Positions 20,208 to 29,888 of a stretch of DNA of 64,000 nucleotides are shown here, one piece after another. A program made the translations under genes and the position numbers. The notes below the pieces were generated by a model. That model saw only the letters and a list, made by a program, of their open reading frames with translations. It ran no database searches and was not told the DNA's origin. The first letter of the stretch is position 1. Every line of letters starts with the position of its first letter. Source of the stretch: Minisyncoccota bacterium. GTDB taxonomy: Bacteria; Patescibacteriota; Minisyncoccia; Phycocordibacterales; PALSA-1337. The DNA lies in assembly GCA_017991475.1 (NCBI GenBank), contig JAGOQK010000001.1, positions 105,689-169,688 on the forward strand, read 5' to 3'.

Positions 20208-20879
20208 TTACTGCGCAACGTGCGGCGCTACACTAGTCTGAACATTGAAATATGTCTTCTCGCGCTCCTTGGTGCCCGCATAGCCTGATATACGGATCGT
20301 TGCGAGAGGATACTCACCCGCATCCTCGACATTGAGATAGTACCCCACGACCTTGAGGTTACTATCAAGAATAGAGATGAAGTCTCCGTCACTTATCGGC
20401 TCTGCACACTCTACCTGCTCTGCTTTCCGTAGTTCATATGTGTCATCTATTGGCACGAAGCGGTACGCTATTGCTCGTGCACATGAAGTGGAACCTTCGA
20501 TGATACGGCCCGCTCTGAATACCAGAGTAGCATCAGATGACTCACCAATCGCCCTACAACCACCAGCATCAGTGAGCGAATCTCCTGAATAGTTTGCAAC
20601 ACCACCGATCTCGCAGGTATAAGCACCTCCTGTGCGCATCTCGCGCGACATCGCATCGAGAGCAAAATTGAGGTTGGTGATAGACGTCTGCAATGTCTGT
20701 GCTTTCCTATTCGCAGACACGATCTTGACCAATGCGCCGAGTGCGACAACGGCGACTACCGAGAAAACCGCGAGCGAAACAATCATCTCGACAAGGGTGA
20801 ATCCTCGAGGTGGAGTGACTACTTCTCGATTAATTATATTTTTTTTAAACAATGATGAAGGCATGTATAGATGTACCAT
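20208..20879 (-). CDS. Prepilin-type N-terminal cleavage/methylation domain protein (pseudopilin)
   Basis: RGFTLVEMIVSLAVFSVVAV motif. Confidence 0.7.
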   Translation of the reverse strand: MVHLYMPSSLFKKNIINREVVTPPRGFTLVEMIVSLAVFSVVAVVALGALVKIVSANRKAQTLQTSITNLNFALDAMSREMRTGGAYTCEIGGVANYSGDSLTDAGGCRAIGESSDATLVFRAGRIIEGSTSCARAIAYRFVPIDDTYELRKAEQVECAEPISDGDFISILDSNLKVVGYYLNVEDAGEYPLATIRISGYAGTKEREKTYFNVQTSVAPHVAQ

Positions 20880-21527
20880 TTACTCCTCAAGCCCAGAATC
20901 ATTAACACTTATCTGACCATTCTTTCTTATAGAAACGAAGCGGTAGTCACCTGACGGACTGCTAATCATAATTTGTGCCGTAATAATTAATCCACACCTT
21001 CCAGCTACACTCCCATTATAAGAGCACATCTGAGCACTTGGATCTGGGCGCTTAAATACAACATCAAACGATGAACCTACGTTGAAGCACTGCGTCACAC
21101 ATGCAACACTATCACAACAAGTTGCAGCAATATCTAATATTCGTACCCCCCCTCTCAGTGTTGAATATGAAATTTCCTCTCCTTGATCATATATGCCATT
21201 TGCATTCAAATCAGAAAATGTGACGATTGTTTGGCTATTTGGAATATTTGACAACTCATTTATTTGTTCACCTATTTCACGAATAGAAAAATTCACTCCA
21301 TAAGCGTTGTTGAAGCCGCCCGAGTCATCACTCCTCACACTCAATCCATACGTCTGCGCCGTACGGATCGCCAGCGCCACATCATATGCAGCATTGGTGA
21401 GCAGGACGTTGTTGTTGAAATTGCCATACTTCGCCACCACGAGCGTAGTCATGAGAGCGAAGATGCTGATCGAGACGAGAAGCTCGACGAGTGTGAATGC
21501 GTGCGTATGTTTTCGAGAGCGGAACAT
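20880..21527 (-). CDS. Prepilin-type N-terminal cleavage/methylation domain protein (pseudopilin)
   Basis: HAFTLVELLVSISIFALM motif. Confidence 0.7.
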   Translation of the reverse strand: MFRSRKHTHAFTLVELLVSISIFALMTTLVVAKYGNFNNNVLLTNAAYDVALAIRTAQTYGLSVRSDDSGGFNNAYGVNFSIREIGEQINELSNIPNSQTIVTFSDLNANGIYDQGEEISYSTLRGGVRILDIAATCCDSVACVTQCFNVGSSFDVVFKRPDPSAQMCSYNGSVAGRCGLIITAQIMISSPSGDYRFVSIRKNGQISVNDSGLEE

Positions 21528-21578
21528 GGGGATAGTATATCACAAGACCCTAGCCGAGGTGGAACCTCGGTTGACATT

Positions 21579-22376
21579 TCACTGAAAAATGATTTCTTTT
21601 AGTAAGTTGATATCGAGCACTTGTATCTGGAACAAGAGCACGAGATACATCCCAAGAATGAGATACGGGCCAAACGGCACCTCGGTTCTCGGTTTGAATT
21701 TCTTGTAGGTGACAAAAAGCCACACGAGACTGGCTGCTGCTGCGATCCAGAACGCCAGTATCATCGCATTGATGGCACCTGAAACGCCCAAAAACCACCC
21801 TATACCGAGCATGAGCTTGGCATCGCCCAATCCCATCCACTTACCCCGAGAAATGAGCCAAAGCACTGCAAATGGCGTAGCAGCAAGCGGACCCGCGATG
21901 AGTGCCCAGTACCCCGGGATATGCCACCATGAGGACCCTCCTACGAAGAGGCTCAGAAGTGCAGCGGCAGAAAACGCATACGAGAAGCTATCTGGGATAA
22001 TCTTGTGCTTGATGTCATAGACGCAAATAACCAGGAGAAGACATGCGGCAATGACGTGAATGAGGGTGACGACAGCTACTAGAGCATCGAATGGCGGAAA
22101 AGTCAGAAAAATCAACACAAATATTACTCCAGCCATGAATTCGACGAGTGGATACTGCCACGAGATCTTGCTCTTACACTTCTTGCAAGCCCCTCTTTGG
22201 ATCAAGAAGCTGAAAACAGGAACCAATTCCTTCCAAGTAAGCCCTTCTCCGCACGACATACACTTGGATCTACCCCCGAGCCCTACCCCGGTATTGAAAC
22301 GAAGCGAAACGACATTGAGGAAACTACCGACGATAGCGCCGAATATGAAGGAAATGAGGAGCGAGAGCGGGGTCAT
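21579..22376 (-). CDS. pilD: Prepilin leader peptidase / N-methyltransferase (A24 family)
   Basis: Polytopic membrane protein with a cytoplasmic tetracysteine motif (CMSC...CKKC) and conserved GLGDAKL in the peptidase domain. Confidence 0.85.
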   Translation of the reverse strand: MTPLSLLISFIFGAIVGSFLNVVSLRFNTGVGLGGRSKCMSCGEGLTWKELVPVFSFLIQRGACKKCKSKISWQYPLVEFMAGVIFVLIFLTFPPFDALVAVVTLIHVIAACLLLVICVYDIKHKIIPDSFSYAFSAAALLSLFVGGSSWWHIPGYWALIAGPLAATPFAVLWLISRGKWMGLGDAKLMLGIGWFLGVSGAINAMILAFWIAAAASLVWLFVTYKKFKPRTEVPFGPYLILGMYLVLLFQIQVLDINLLKEIIFQ

Positions 22377-22395
22377 CTGAGACTAAGGAAATGAA

Positions 22396-22929
22396 TTAAT
22401 TTGAAGAAATACAATACTGATAGAGGGGGCTTCCGCTCTCACCCTCATCCTTACACGCATCTACAAAAGTGCCTGACCACACACCAAATTCACTATCTAT
22501 ATCATCTTGCAGAGCGACGCTTTTTGATTCCAGCACCGTACGCAGTATATACGCATCTACCGTGGCACCGTTTGTATGCACGATATATTCATAGTTATCA
22601 GATCCGCCCTCAGCTTGAGGTTCGGGGCTTTTTGGTATCGTAGGAAGGAAATTTCCGAGAGTTATGCCTGATGGGCACCTATCACTTCCATTATCGCTTA
22701 AATCTAAATATGTATCCATCGTTGGGTAAGTCTTACATCTATCATAGAAAAGCTCGAGCGCCAGCTGTATCTGACCAAGATCTGATACCCTCTTTGCGTC
22801 TCTGGCCTTCGCCTTGGGTCCAGTGAGATTGGCCATGACAATACCAGTCAATATTGCGATGATTGCGATGACGACGAGCAGTTCGATGATGGTGAATGCG
22901 CCTTTAAAATTTTTGAGAGATTTTTTCAT
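22396..22929 (-). CDS. Type IV pilin (177 aa)
   Basis: MKKSLKNFKGAFTIIELLVVIAIIAILTGI, the canonical GFTxxELLVV prepilin signal. Start trimmed to that Met. Confidence 0.8.
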   Translation of the reverse strand: MKKSLKNFKGAFTIIELLVVIAIIAILTGIVMANLTGPKAKARDAKRVSDLGQIQLALELFYDRCKTYPTMDTYLDLSDNGSDRCPSGITLGNFLPTIPKSPEPQAEGGSDNYEYIVHTNGATVDAYILRTVLESKSVALQDDIDSEFGVWSGTFVDACKDEGESGSPLYQYCISSN

Positions 22930-23051
22930 GGGTTTATTGTAGCACAGTCGAAGAGTAACAACTGGGGATGAGCGGTAACAACGCATTTCCCCGCATATAC
23001 AAAACCACCCCTCGGGTGAGGGGTGGTGATTTATACTGAGAAACGACAATA

Positions 23052-23471
23052 CTAGTTACAAGCTGTTGTATCAGCACCCTTGGTAGCCGACTGTGAACCT
23101 GCAAATCCTGAACTATCGACACAGAAGAATGATGTTGCACCACTTCCTCCAAGATCTGTTGACATGTTAACTTCAGCAGCCCATGCGGCAGTATCCTCAT
23201 CACAGTTAACTGTTGCGGTAGTCAAATTTTCCACTGCGGTAACGAGAGTTACCAATCCAACTGTACAAAGATCTGCAGGATACTGACCAGCAGGTGTAAC
23301 AACGAGCTCAGCAGCGGATCTCATACTGGTCATGCTTCCAATTGCAGAAGCCGCCTGACCCTTTGTCCTTGCACTGTTAAGAGAAACCAACACAACTGAT
23401 GACAAAATACCAATAATCGCGATAACGACGAGCAATTCGATAAGAGTGAAACCTCTTGTGTACTTTTTCAT
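23052..23471 (-). CDS. Type IV major pilin PilA-like (139 aa)
   Basis: MKKYTRGFTLIELLVVIAIIGILSSVV prepilin signal; small size and Cys near the C-terminus, typical of a major pilin. Start trimmed. Confidence 0.8.
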   Translation of the reverse strand: MKKYTRGFTLIELLVVIAIIGILSSVVLVSLNSARTKGQAASAIGSMTSMRSAAELVVTPAGQYPADLCTVGLVTLVTAVENLTTATVNCDEDTAAWAAEVNMSTDLGGSGATSFFCVDSSGFAGSQSATKGADTTACN

Positions 23472-23607
23472 AATATGAAAGTTACGAATAATTATTAATA
23501 CTATGCTAATAACACCCCTTCTCTGAACAATAAGGTTTGTTGGAGTAATTATACCACCCACCTAGTAGACCCTTATAAACATAATGTGGATAACTACTCC
23601 CCACCCC

Positions 23608-24819
23608 CTACTGAGCATTCGCGATATTGTAGATAGGGACGAGCACCGAAGCGAGCAGCACTGCCACTCCACCTCCAAGCATCACGATCATGAGAGGCTC
23701 AATGAGCGAAACGAGGCCATCAACAGCCGTTGTGACTTCACGGCTATAGAATTTTGCAACCGTCTTCAAGATATTACCGAGCTCTCCCGACTCCTCACCC
23801 ACCTTCATCATCTGGATCATAATAGTCGGAATGGCCTGAGGGTCTGAGGAGAGCGACTCCGAAAGTGTCTTGCCTCCCTTTACGGCCTCAACAGAGCCCG
23901 CGATCAGATCTTTATAAACTTGGTTATTGATAACCGATGAAGTCAGCTCGAGCGAGCGAACCATGGGGATACCCGACAGGAGCATCGTGGTCATATTGTC
24001 TGCAAGGCGCGAGAGATACAGCTTGCGATAAAGGCCACTAATATACGGAATACCGAGCTTGAACCGGTCAAAAGCCATCTTACCGACTGGGGTGCGAATG
24101 AAACGAACAACGAGGAATCCGATGATAATAGCGACGCCGAGCAAGATAAATCCATACTCAACGAGGAAATTACTGATTCCAAGGATTACTTGGGTATATA
24201 CGGGGATTTCTGCGCCAGACTCAGTCAGAATACCGCTAATCTTGGGGATAACCATGGTGAACATGAGTATCATCACGGTGATGAAAGTCATGACCACGAA
24301 TGCCGGATATATGAGAGCTCCTCGTACCTTGGAACTCAGCTCATATGAGCGGTCGAGATAGTCAGCGAGATACTGGAAAGTCTCATCGAGCTTTCCCGAC
24401 TCCTCTCCCGCCTTGACCATACTCACATAGAACTCTGAGAAAACCTTGGGATGCTTGGCGAGTGCGGCCGATATCGAACTTCCTGCCTGGAGGTCATCTG
24501 CAACCTCAGTAAGCTTCTTTGCCAAAACATGATTTTCATTCTCGCTACCAAGGAGCCTGAAAATACGAAGTGCGGAGACTTGCGCCTCGAAGAGCGTCGA
24601 AAGCTGACGCGAAAGTATGACCACATCCTTGCCTGAAACTCGATCGAAGATCGAAAGATTCATATTGAGGATACCGGTAGACGCATCACTCTCCTTGATA
24701 GTAGTCAAGACGAGTCCCCTTCTCTGAAGCGAGGAGATGGCGATATCGACATTGACGGCATCAATCGATCCGTTCTTCTTCGCGCCGGTCGAATCTATTG
24801 CTTCGTAGTTGAATAACAT
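23608..24819 (-). CDS. pilC: Type IV pilus assembly platform protein PilC (GspF family)
   Basis: 403 aa with two GspF repeats and three TM segments. Positioned between pilT and the pilins. Confidence 0.85.
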   Translation of the reverse strand: MLFNYEAIDSTGAKKNGSIDAVNVDIAISSLQRRGLVLTTIKESDASTGILNMNLSIFDRVSGKDVVILSRQLSTLFEAQVSALRIFRLLGSENENHVLAKKLTEVADDLQAGSSISAALAKHPKVFSEFYVSMVKAGEESGKLDETFQYLADYLDRSYELSSKVRGALIYPAFVVMTFITVMILMFTMVIPKISGILTESGAEIPVYTQVILGISNFLVEYGFILLGVAIIIGFLVVRFIRTPVGKMAFDRFKLGIPYISGLYRKLYLSRLADNMTTMLLSGIPMVRSLELTSSVINNQVYKDLIAGSVEAVKGGKTLSESLSSDPQAIPTIMIQMMKVGEESGELGNILKTVAKFYSREVTTAVDGLVSLIEPLMIVMLGGGVAVLLASVLVPIYNIANAQ

Positions 24820-24853
24820 GTTGAGTTAATTATAGCGCATTGATTGTTTATCC

Positions 24854-24967
24854 GCAGCATCAGGACATGTGTATGTGTTCTGCTCATTATGCACAGTTTC
24901 TCGGTTTCTTGAGCATTCAGTTCACTTTGCGTCATGAGCAGAACACATACACATGTCCTGATGCTGC
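24854..24967. repeat. Perfect 34-bp inverted repeat (arms 24854-24887 and 24934-24967, 46-nt spacer) in the pilT-pilC intergenic region
   Basis: gcagcatcaggacatgtgtatgtgttctgctcat ... atgagcagaacacatacacatgtcctgatgctgc, read directly. Confidence 0.85.
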
Positions 24968-24974
24968 GAAACTA

Positions 24975-26033
24975 CTAAATCATCCTCTCAAGATTCTTCG
25001 GATTGAGCGAATTCATGTACGCACTCTCTACGGTGATCTCGCCTGAACGGACCAATTCTGCCAACGAACGATTCATGTCGATCATACCTTCCTGTGAGCT
25101 CGTCTCGATGACTGTGTTGATCTCGTGGATACGCTTCTCGCGAATGAGGTTGGAAACGGCGTTGTTGTTGATGAGCAGCTCATACGCGGGAATGAGGCCA
25201 CCTGAAATACGAGGGATGAGGCGCTGAGAGAATATACCTGTGAGCGAGCCCGCAAGCTGTATACGAATCTGATCTTGCTGATTTGGCGGGAATGAATCGA
25301 TAATACGGTTGATCGTCTGTGCGGCATTGTTGGTATGGAGCGTCGAGAAGATGAGGTGTCCAGTCTCTGCAGCAGTGACAGCAGTCGCGATCGTTGTTGT
25401 ATCGCGCATCTCGCCCACCATACATACGTCGATATCCTGGCGGAACATGGCAGTGAGAGCATTGGCGAAGTCTGGCGCATCGAAACGGATCTCGCGCTGG
25501 TCAATGATCGACTTCTTGGACTCAAAAAGATACTCGATAGGGTCTTCGATAGTGAGGATGTGCTCCGTGCGCGTCTGATTGATCATCTCGATGAGTGTAG
25601 CGAGCGTTGTCGTCTTACCTTGACCGATCGGACCTACTACGAGGAAGAATCCTTGCTGTTTGCGAGTGAATGATTCGAGAATTGGGGGCAAATTGAGCTC
25701 AGTGAGTGTACGAATAGCCTTGGGAATGAGACGCAGGGCCACAGAAAGGACGCCTTGATGATAATATGCGTTGCCACGGAAACGCGCGTGAGTGAGATTG
25801 TATGAGAAATCAACATCTTTCTGGGTCTCGAGGATAGCCTTGTGTGGAGCGCCGAGAAGCACACTGAGGAATCCTTTCATATCAGCGTCAGACAGCACTG
25901 GCTTCTTCACGAGCGGAATAAGATTGCCGGACACGCGGATGATCGGCGAGCGTCCCGATGAAAGGTGAAGGTCAGAAGCTCCCTCTTTCAGGATCAGGTC
26001 GACCAGGTCTTGAATTTCTTTTTTATAGTCCAT
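24975..26033 (-). CDS. pilT: Twitching-motility retraction ATPase PilT
   Basis: 352 aa with Walker A (GPIGQGKTTT), Asp box and His box of the PilT/GspE family. Lacks the long GspE N-terminal domain, so PilT. Confidence 0.85.
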   Translation of the reverse strand: MDYKKEIQDLVDLILKEGASDLHLSSGRSPIIRVSGNLIPLVKKPVLSDADMKGFLSVLLGAPHKAILETQKDVDFSYNLTHARFRGNAYYHQGVLSVALRLIPKAIRTLTELNLPPILESFTRKQQGFFLVVGPIGQGKTTTLATLIEMINQTRTEHILTIEDPIEYLFESKKSIIDQREIRFDAPDFANALTAMFRQDIDVCMVGEMRDTTTIATAVTAAETGHLIFSTLHTNNAAQTINRIIDSFPPNQQDQIRIQLAGSLTGIFSQRLIPRISGGLIPAYELLINNNAVSNLIREKRIHEINTVIETSSQEGMIDMNRSLAELVRSGEITVESAYMNSLNPKNLERMI

Positions 26034-26036
26034 AAT

Positions 26037-26444
26037 TTAACTTACTTTTTTGCTGCTAGTAATCTTCTCCACCTCCGCAAGCACTTCTGAGGGAATAGTC
26101 GTCGCCTTGACGATATACCCATCAACATTGAGCTTCTTGGCGCGGGAAATGTCGTCTGACGATCCCTGATTGGTGAGCATAATCATCGTCGCATGAGGAG
26201 CGAGTCTCTCTTTGCGAATCATCGACATGAGCTCAAGGCCATCCATTCCCGGCATGACGATATCTGAGAGCATAACATCCGGTTCATACCCATCGCGAAC
26301 GAGCTTGAGCGCACTATCAGTAGAATCAGCAGTTTTTACTTCATAGCCTGCTTTGGAAAACTTGATTGCGTACATATCGAGCAAAAATCTATCGTCATCC
26401 ACGAGCAATATCTTCTTATTCGTCGAAGGTGTTGGGTCTGACAT
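26037..26444 (-). CDS. Single-domain response regulator (CheY/PilH-like receiver)
   Basis: Acidic pocket DD at LLVDDD, phospho-acceptor Asp (LSDIVMPGMDG) and a conserved Lys. 135 aa. Confidence 0.8.
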   Translation of the reverse strand: MSDPTPSTNKKILLVDDDRFLLDMYAIKFSKAGYEVKTADSTDSALKLVRDGYEPDVMLSDIVMPGMDGLELMSMIRKERLAPHATMIMLTNQGSSDDISRAKKLNVDGYIVKATTIPSEVLAEVEKITSSKKVS

Positions 26445-26451
26445 AGCAGTA

Positions 26452-28191
26452 TTATAGCTTATTTACCTCCTCCAGTGGAATCTGTTTGTTGAACGCCTTT
26501 ATAAGCGCATCTTCCTTAAGCGAGAGCATTCCCTTGGAACGAGCAATCTTGAGTATCTCTGTTTCTGTAGGATTGGTAAGAATAGCTTTCTCAATATCCT
26601 TATCCATACTGAACATCTCGAAGACTGCCATACGACCGCGAGTTCCCTTGGGAAGCTCAGGCGTAGGTTTGATCTTGTAAATCGTATCGCTAAACGGTAT
26701 CTCTTTCTTGTACTGCTCCGGAAGATCTTCAAATTGCTTGTCGATCATCATCTTAATACTTCCATCGACCGGTACCGCCTCACCTGCTCCCGGCGGCAAG
26801 AGACCGACAAGTCGCTGCGCAACTGCAAGAATGAGTGTTGGCGCAATAAGATACGGGTCAACACCCATGTCGATAAGGCGTGGAATAACGCCGGCGGAAT
26901 TGTTGGTGTGGAGAGTCGAGAATACCAAGTGACCAGTCAACGCCGCTTGTACGGCGAGCTGCGCGGTCTCCTTGTCGCGAATCTCTCCAACCATGATGAT
27001 ATCCGGGTCCTGACGGAGTGTGGTACGGAGACCTGAACTGAAGTCATAACCAATCTCGGGTCTGACCTGAGACTGACTCACCCCTTCCATCTGATACTCC
27101 ACTGGATCTTCGAGCGAGAGTACGTTATAGCTTTCACGATCAACCTCGCTCAAAATAGAATACAATGTCGTCGACTTACCAGATCCGGTCGGTCCCGTCA
27201 CCAAAATCATACCGTAAGGCTTGTTGATCGCCTCGCGGAGTATGGCGAGATTCTTTTCAGACAAACCGATCTGATCGAGACCACGAACCCCCTTGGCCTG
27301 ATCGAGAATACGCATTTCGACCTTCTCACCATAATATGACGGGAATGTAGAAACACGGAAATCAATACGACGACCATCGATACGCGCCGAGAAACGGCCG
27401 TCCTGAGGCTTGCGCTTCTCATCGAGGCGCATATTGGAAAGCACTTTGATGCGCGCAACAACAGCAGAATGAACCTGTGGGGGCAGGATAAGCGACGTAT
27501 TGAGTACACCATCGACACGGAAGCGTACGCGGATCTTGTCGCGCATATGCTCGATATGCACATCTGAAGCTTCTCCTTCGACCGCATATCGAACGATCGT
27601 AGCCACAATTTTGACCACAGGCGCATCTTCTATGATGAGCGTTTCTTCGCCTCCCTTCTCCTTGCCCTTACCACTCTTATCCGAAGCGAGATCCTCCTTC
27701 TTGATACCATCAGCAATATCGACTGAGAGCTCGCTCTCAAGCTCCGAGAGTGCCTTGGACACCTCTCCCGTGATGCCCTTATACATCTCCATGACGCGCG
27801 CGAAGTCGTCGTTGGTGATCAAGAACACCTTGTACGGAATATTTTTCTTAGCAGCAAGGAAGTTGAGTGCGTCGCGGGCTTCCATATTGTCCGGGTCGAC
27901 AACACCGACGAGAAGCGTCCCCTCCTCCATGCCTATCGGTGCGAAATGATAGTGGGCAGCTGATTCCTCGGGTATATACTCGAGAATCTCGAATGGCACA
28001 GAATTGTCGGCGACCGATCGGACGGGAATATTCAGAAATTCGCCGCGCGCGTCGACGATATCCTGCGGTTTGACTCCGCGCGCGATGAGTGCGTCATCGA
28101 GCGAAGAGCCCGCGGCCGTCTGCTTGCGGATCTCGCGGATGTCGTCTTTGGTTATGACGCTCTTTTGAAGGAGAATATCAAGTACGGACAT
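26452..28191 (-). CDS. pilB: Type IV pilus assembly ATPase PilB (GspE family)
   Basis: 579 aa with a GspII_E N-terminal domain plus ATPase core (Walker A GPTGSGKSTT, tetracysteine-less CPR type). Confidence 0.85.
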   Translation of the reverse strand: MSVLDILLQKSVITKDDIREIRKQTAAGSSLDDALIARGVKPQDIVDARGEFLNIPVRSVADNSVPFEILEYIPEESAAHYHFAPIGMEEGTLLVGVVDPDNMEARDALNFLAAKKNIPYKVFLITNDDFARVMEMYKGITGEVSKALSELESELSVDIADGIKKEDLASDKSGKGKEKGGEETLIIEDAPVVKIVATIVRYAVEGEASDVHIEHMRDKIRVRFRVDGVLNTSLILPPQVHSAVVARIKVLSNMRLDEKRKPQDGRFSARIDGRRIDFRVSTFPSYYGEKVEMRILDQAKGVRGLDQIGLSEKNLAILREAINKPYGMILVTGPTGSGKSTTLYSILSEVDRESYNVLSLEDPVEYQMEGVSQSQVRPEIGYDFSSGLRTTLRQDPDIIMVGEIRDKETAQLAVQAALTGHLVFSTLHTNNSAGVIPRLIDMGVDPYLIAPTLILAVAQRLVGLLPPGAGEAVPVDGSIKMMIDKQFEDLPEQYKKEIPFSDTIYKIKPTPELPKGTRGRMAVFEMFSMDKDIEKAILTNPTETEILKIARSKGMLSLKEDALIKAFNKQIPLEEVNKL

Positions 28192-28209
28192 GAGTTAAGT
28201 ATACACCAT

Positions 28210-28551
28210 TTATCGCGCACCCCCCGTAGCGGGCACCTCGCTTACCCCCGGTATCGGAGCAAAGGGATTGGGCCTCCCGACCTCGACGGGCGGAATCTGT
28301 ATCGATCGATCTCTAAACGTGTTGTACACAGGATCATCGAATATATCAGTGTCGATTTCAAGCCTACTGACCTGATTGAGCAAACTTAGGATGCGCGCAC
28401 TGACTGCATCAGCCTGCGGAGTTGACTGTCGGACGAGAGCACCCTCAGAAGGTTCACTACCCTTGGTAAAGAAGTAGTATGCCAAACCCGCCATCACAAT
28501 GATGATTATGATACTGATAGTTGTTTTCTTTGAACTCGGTTGATTCTTCAT
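28210..28551 (-). CDS. Small bitopic membrane protein in the pilus operon (PilP-like?)
   Basis: 113 aa with an N-terminal TM segment (TISIIIIIVMAGLAYYFF); located between pilO and pilB. Confidence 0.45.
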   Translation of the reverse strand: MKNQPSSKKTTISIIIIIVMAGLAYYFFTKGSEPSEGALVRQSTPQADAVSARILSLLNQVSRLEIDTDIFDDPVYNTFRDRSIQIPPVEVGRPNPFAPIPGVSEVPATGGAR

Positions 28552-28557
28552 GGGATT

Positions 28558-29163
28558 TTATTGCTGGCGCAGCCAATATGTTTTGAGCTCGACCCCGAAA
28601 TCATACATGCCATTCTGGCCAGCTGAAACCGTAAGTCGACTGACGTCCATTATGCGCAGATTACCCTCGAGATCACGAAGCAAATCGATGAATTGCTGAT
28701 ATGATGCAGTCACACTAAACGAAACTGCCACTGTATCGAGCGTGGGCGTTGGTATGGTCGTAGAACGAGGTGCTGCTGCTCCCCCGCCCGCTATTGCAGG
28801 CTGAGAGGTGACTCCTCCTGATGAACCCTGCTTGGCAGCGCTTGCAGCTACAGCCTTCACATTACGCAACGAAAGACCCCTATCGTTCGCAATACCGTTG
28901 AGATCGATAATCAAACGTATATTATCGACTGTATTTGGTATCATTTTATCGAGTCGTTCGCGATCATCATCGGATATAGCATTGTAGCTATCGAGCACCT
29001 TCTTGCGAACTTCAACGAGCTTATCTGCATTATCGATAGCGGCGAGATACTGATCATTAACCTGGCGAACAGCCTTGACCTCGGCGAGCTTGGCACGCGT
29101 AAAAGTCACATAAATCCCTATGGCGAGCACTATGAGTATTGTTGCGGTAACGTTGCGATTCAT
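28558..29163 (-). CDS. pilO: Type IV pilus assembly protein PilO-like
   Basis: N-terminal TM segment, a coiled-coil region, then a C-terminal domain. Gene order is pilM-pilN-pilO. Confidence 0.55.
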   Translation of the reverse strand: MNRNVTATILIVLAIGIYVTFTRAKLAEVKAVRQVNDQYLAAIDNADKLVEVRKKVLDSYNAISDDDRERLDKMIPNTVDNIRLIIDLNGIANDRGLSLRNVKAVAASAAKQGSSGGVTSQPAIAGGGAAAPRSTTIPTPTLDTVAVSFSVTASYQQFIDLLRDLEGNLRIMDVSRLTVSAGQNGMYDFGVELKTYWLRQQ

Positions 29164-29169
29164 ATTATT

Positions 29170-29835
29170 TTATTGGGTTGCGGACGAATCCTCATCTGCC
29201 TCCGGCTCATCTGATGGCATCACACTCTTCGCATATGAGAGATTGGATGGATCGATTGTCGCAGAAAATCCGAAAGAGACCATACCATTCCCATCAAGGG
29301 AAGGATCTGAAAGTATCGGGTTTTTCACGACCTTGCGCAAATTGTACTGTTCGAGCTGTCCCAGCACATCTGATTGGTAAGCGACTACGGGGAAATTGAC
29401 ACCGTATCCTTTCAAGGAGACCTTGATGCCCTCTGCTGGCGTACCCGCTGCGACATCCATGCTCAAAAATCTTACCTTCTCGATAGTAATACGACCGATG
29501 ACATCGAAAACTTGAGACATTGCTATGTGATTTGCCATCAACTCCTTGGCAAGATCAATCTTCACGTTCTGTCGTTTGAGCTCCTCGATGAGGTCGACAT
29601 TAAAAAGCTTCTCACGTTCGACAAGCTGGTCCTTATACTTCTGTTGAGAAGATTCGAGTGTCGACTTCCAGAAATACATGCCGCCCGCCGCTACGATCGA
29701 AGCGATGAACACGAGAGACGCTATCGACATGAACAAGCTCGATGTATGTCTGTGCTGCGTAGGAGCATTGAATGCACCACTAGCAGGCATGAGCGGCTTC
29801 TTTGGTATGAATGAGGTTTGGAATTTAGTTTCCAT
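29170..29835 (-). CDS. pilN: Type IV pilus assembly protein PilN-like
   Basis: Bitopic protein with a TM segment near residue 40 and a periplasmic coiled coil; follows pilM. Confidence 0.55.
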   Translation of the reverse strand: METKFQTSFIPKKPLMPASGAFNAPTQHRHTSSLFMSIASLVFIASIVAAGGMYFWKSTLESSQQKYKDQLVEREKLFNVDLIEELKRQNVKIDLAKELMANHIAMSQVFDVIGRITIEKVRFLSMDVAAGTPAEGIKVSLKGYGVNFPVVAYQSDVLGQLEQYNLRKVVKNPILSDPSLDGNGMVSFGFSATIDPSNLSYAKSVMPSDEPEADEDSSATQ

Positions 29836-29888
29836 AGGTTCCCTTTAAGTATACCAGAGATGCCAATGCAATGGTTGTGTATAACGCT

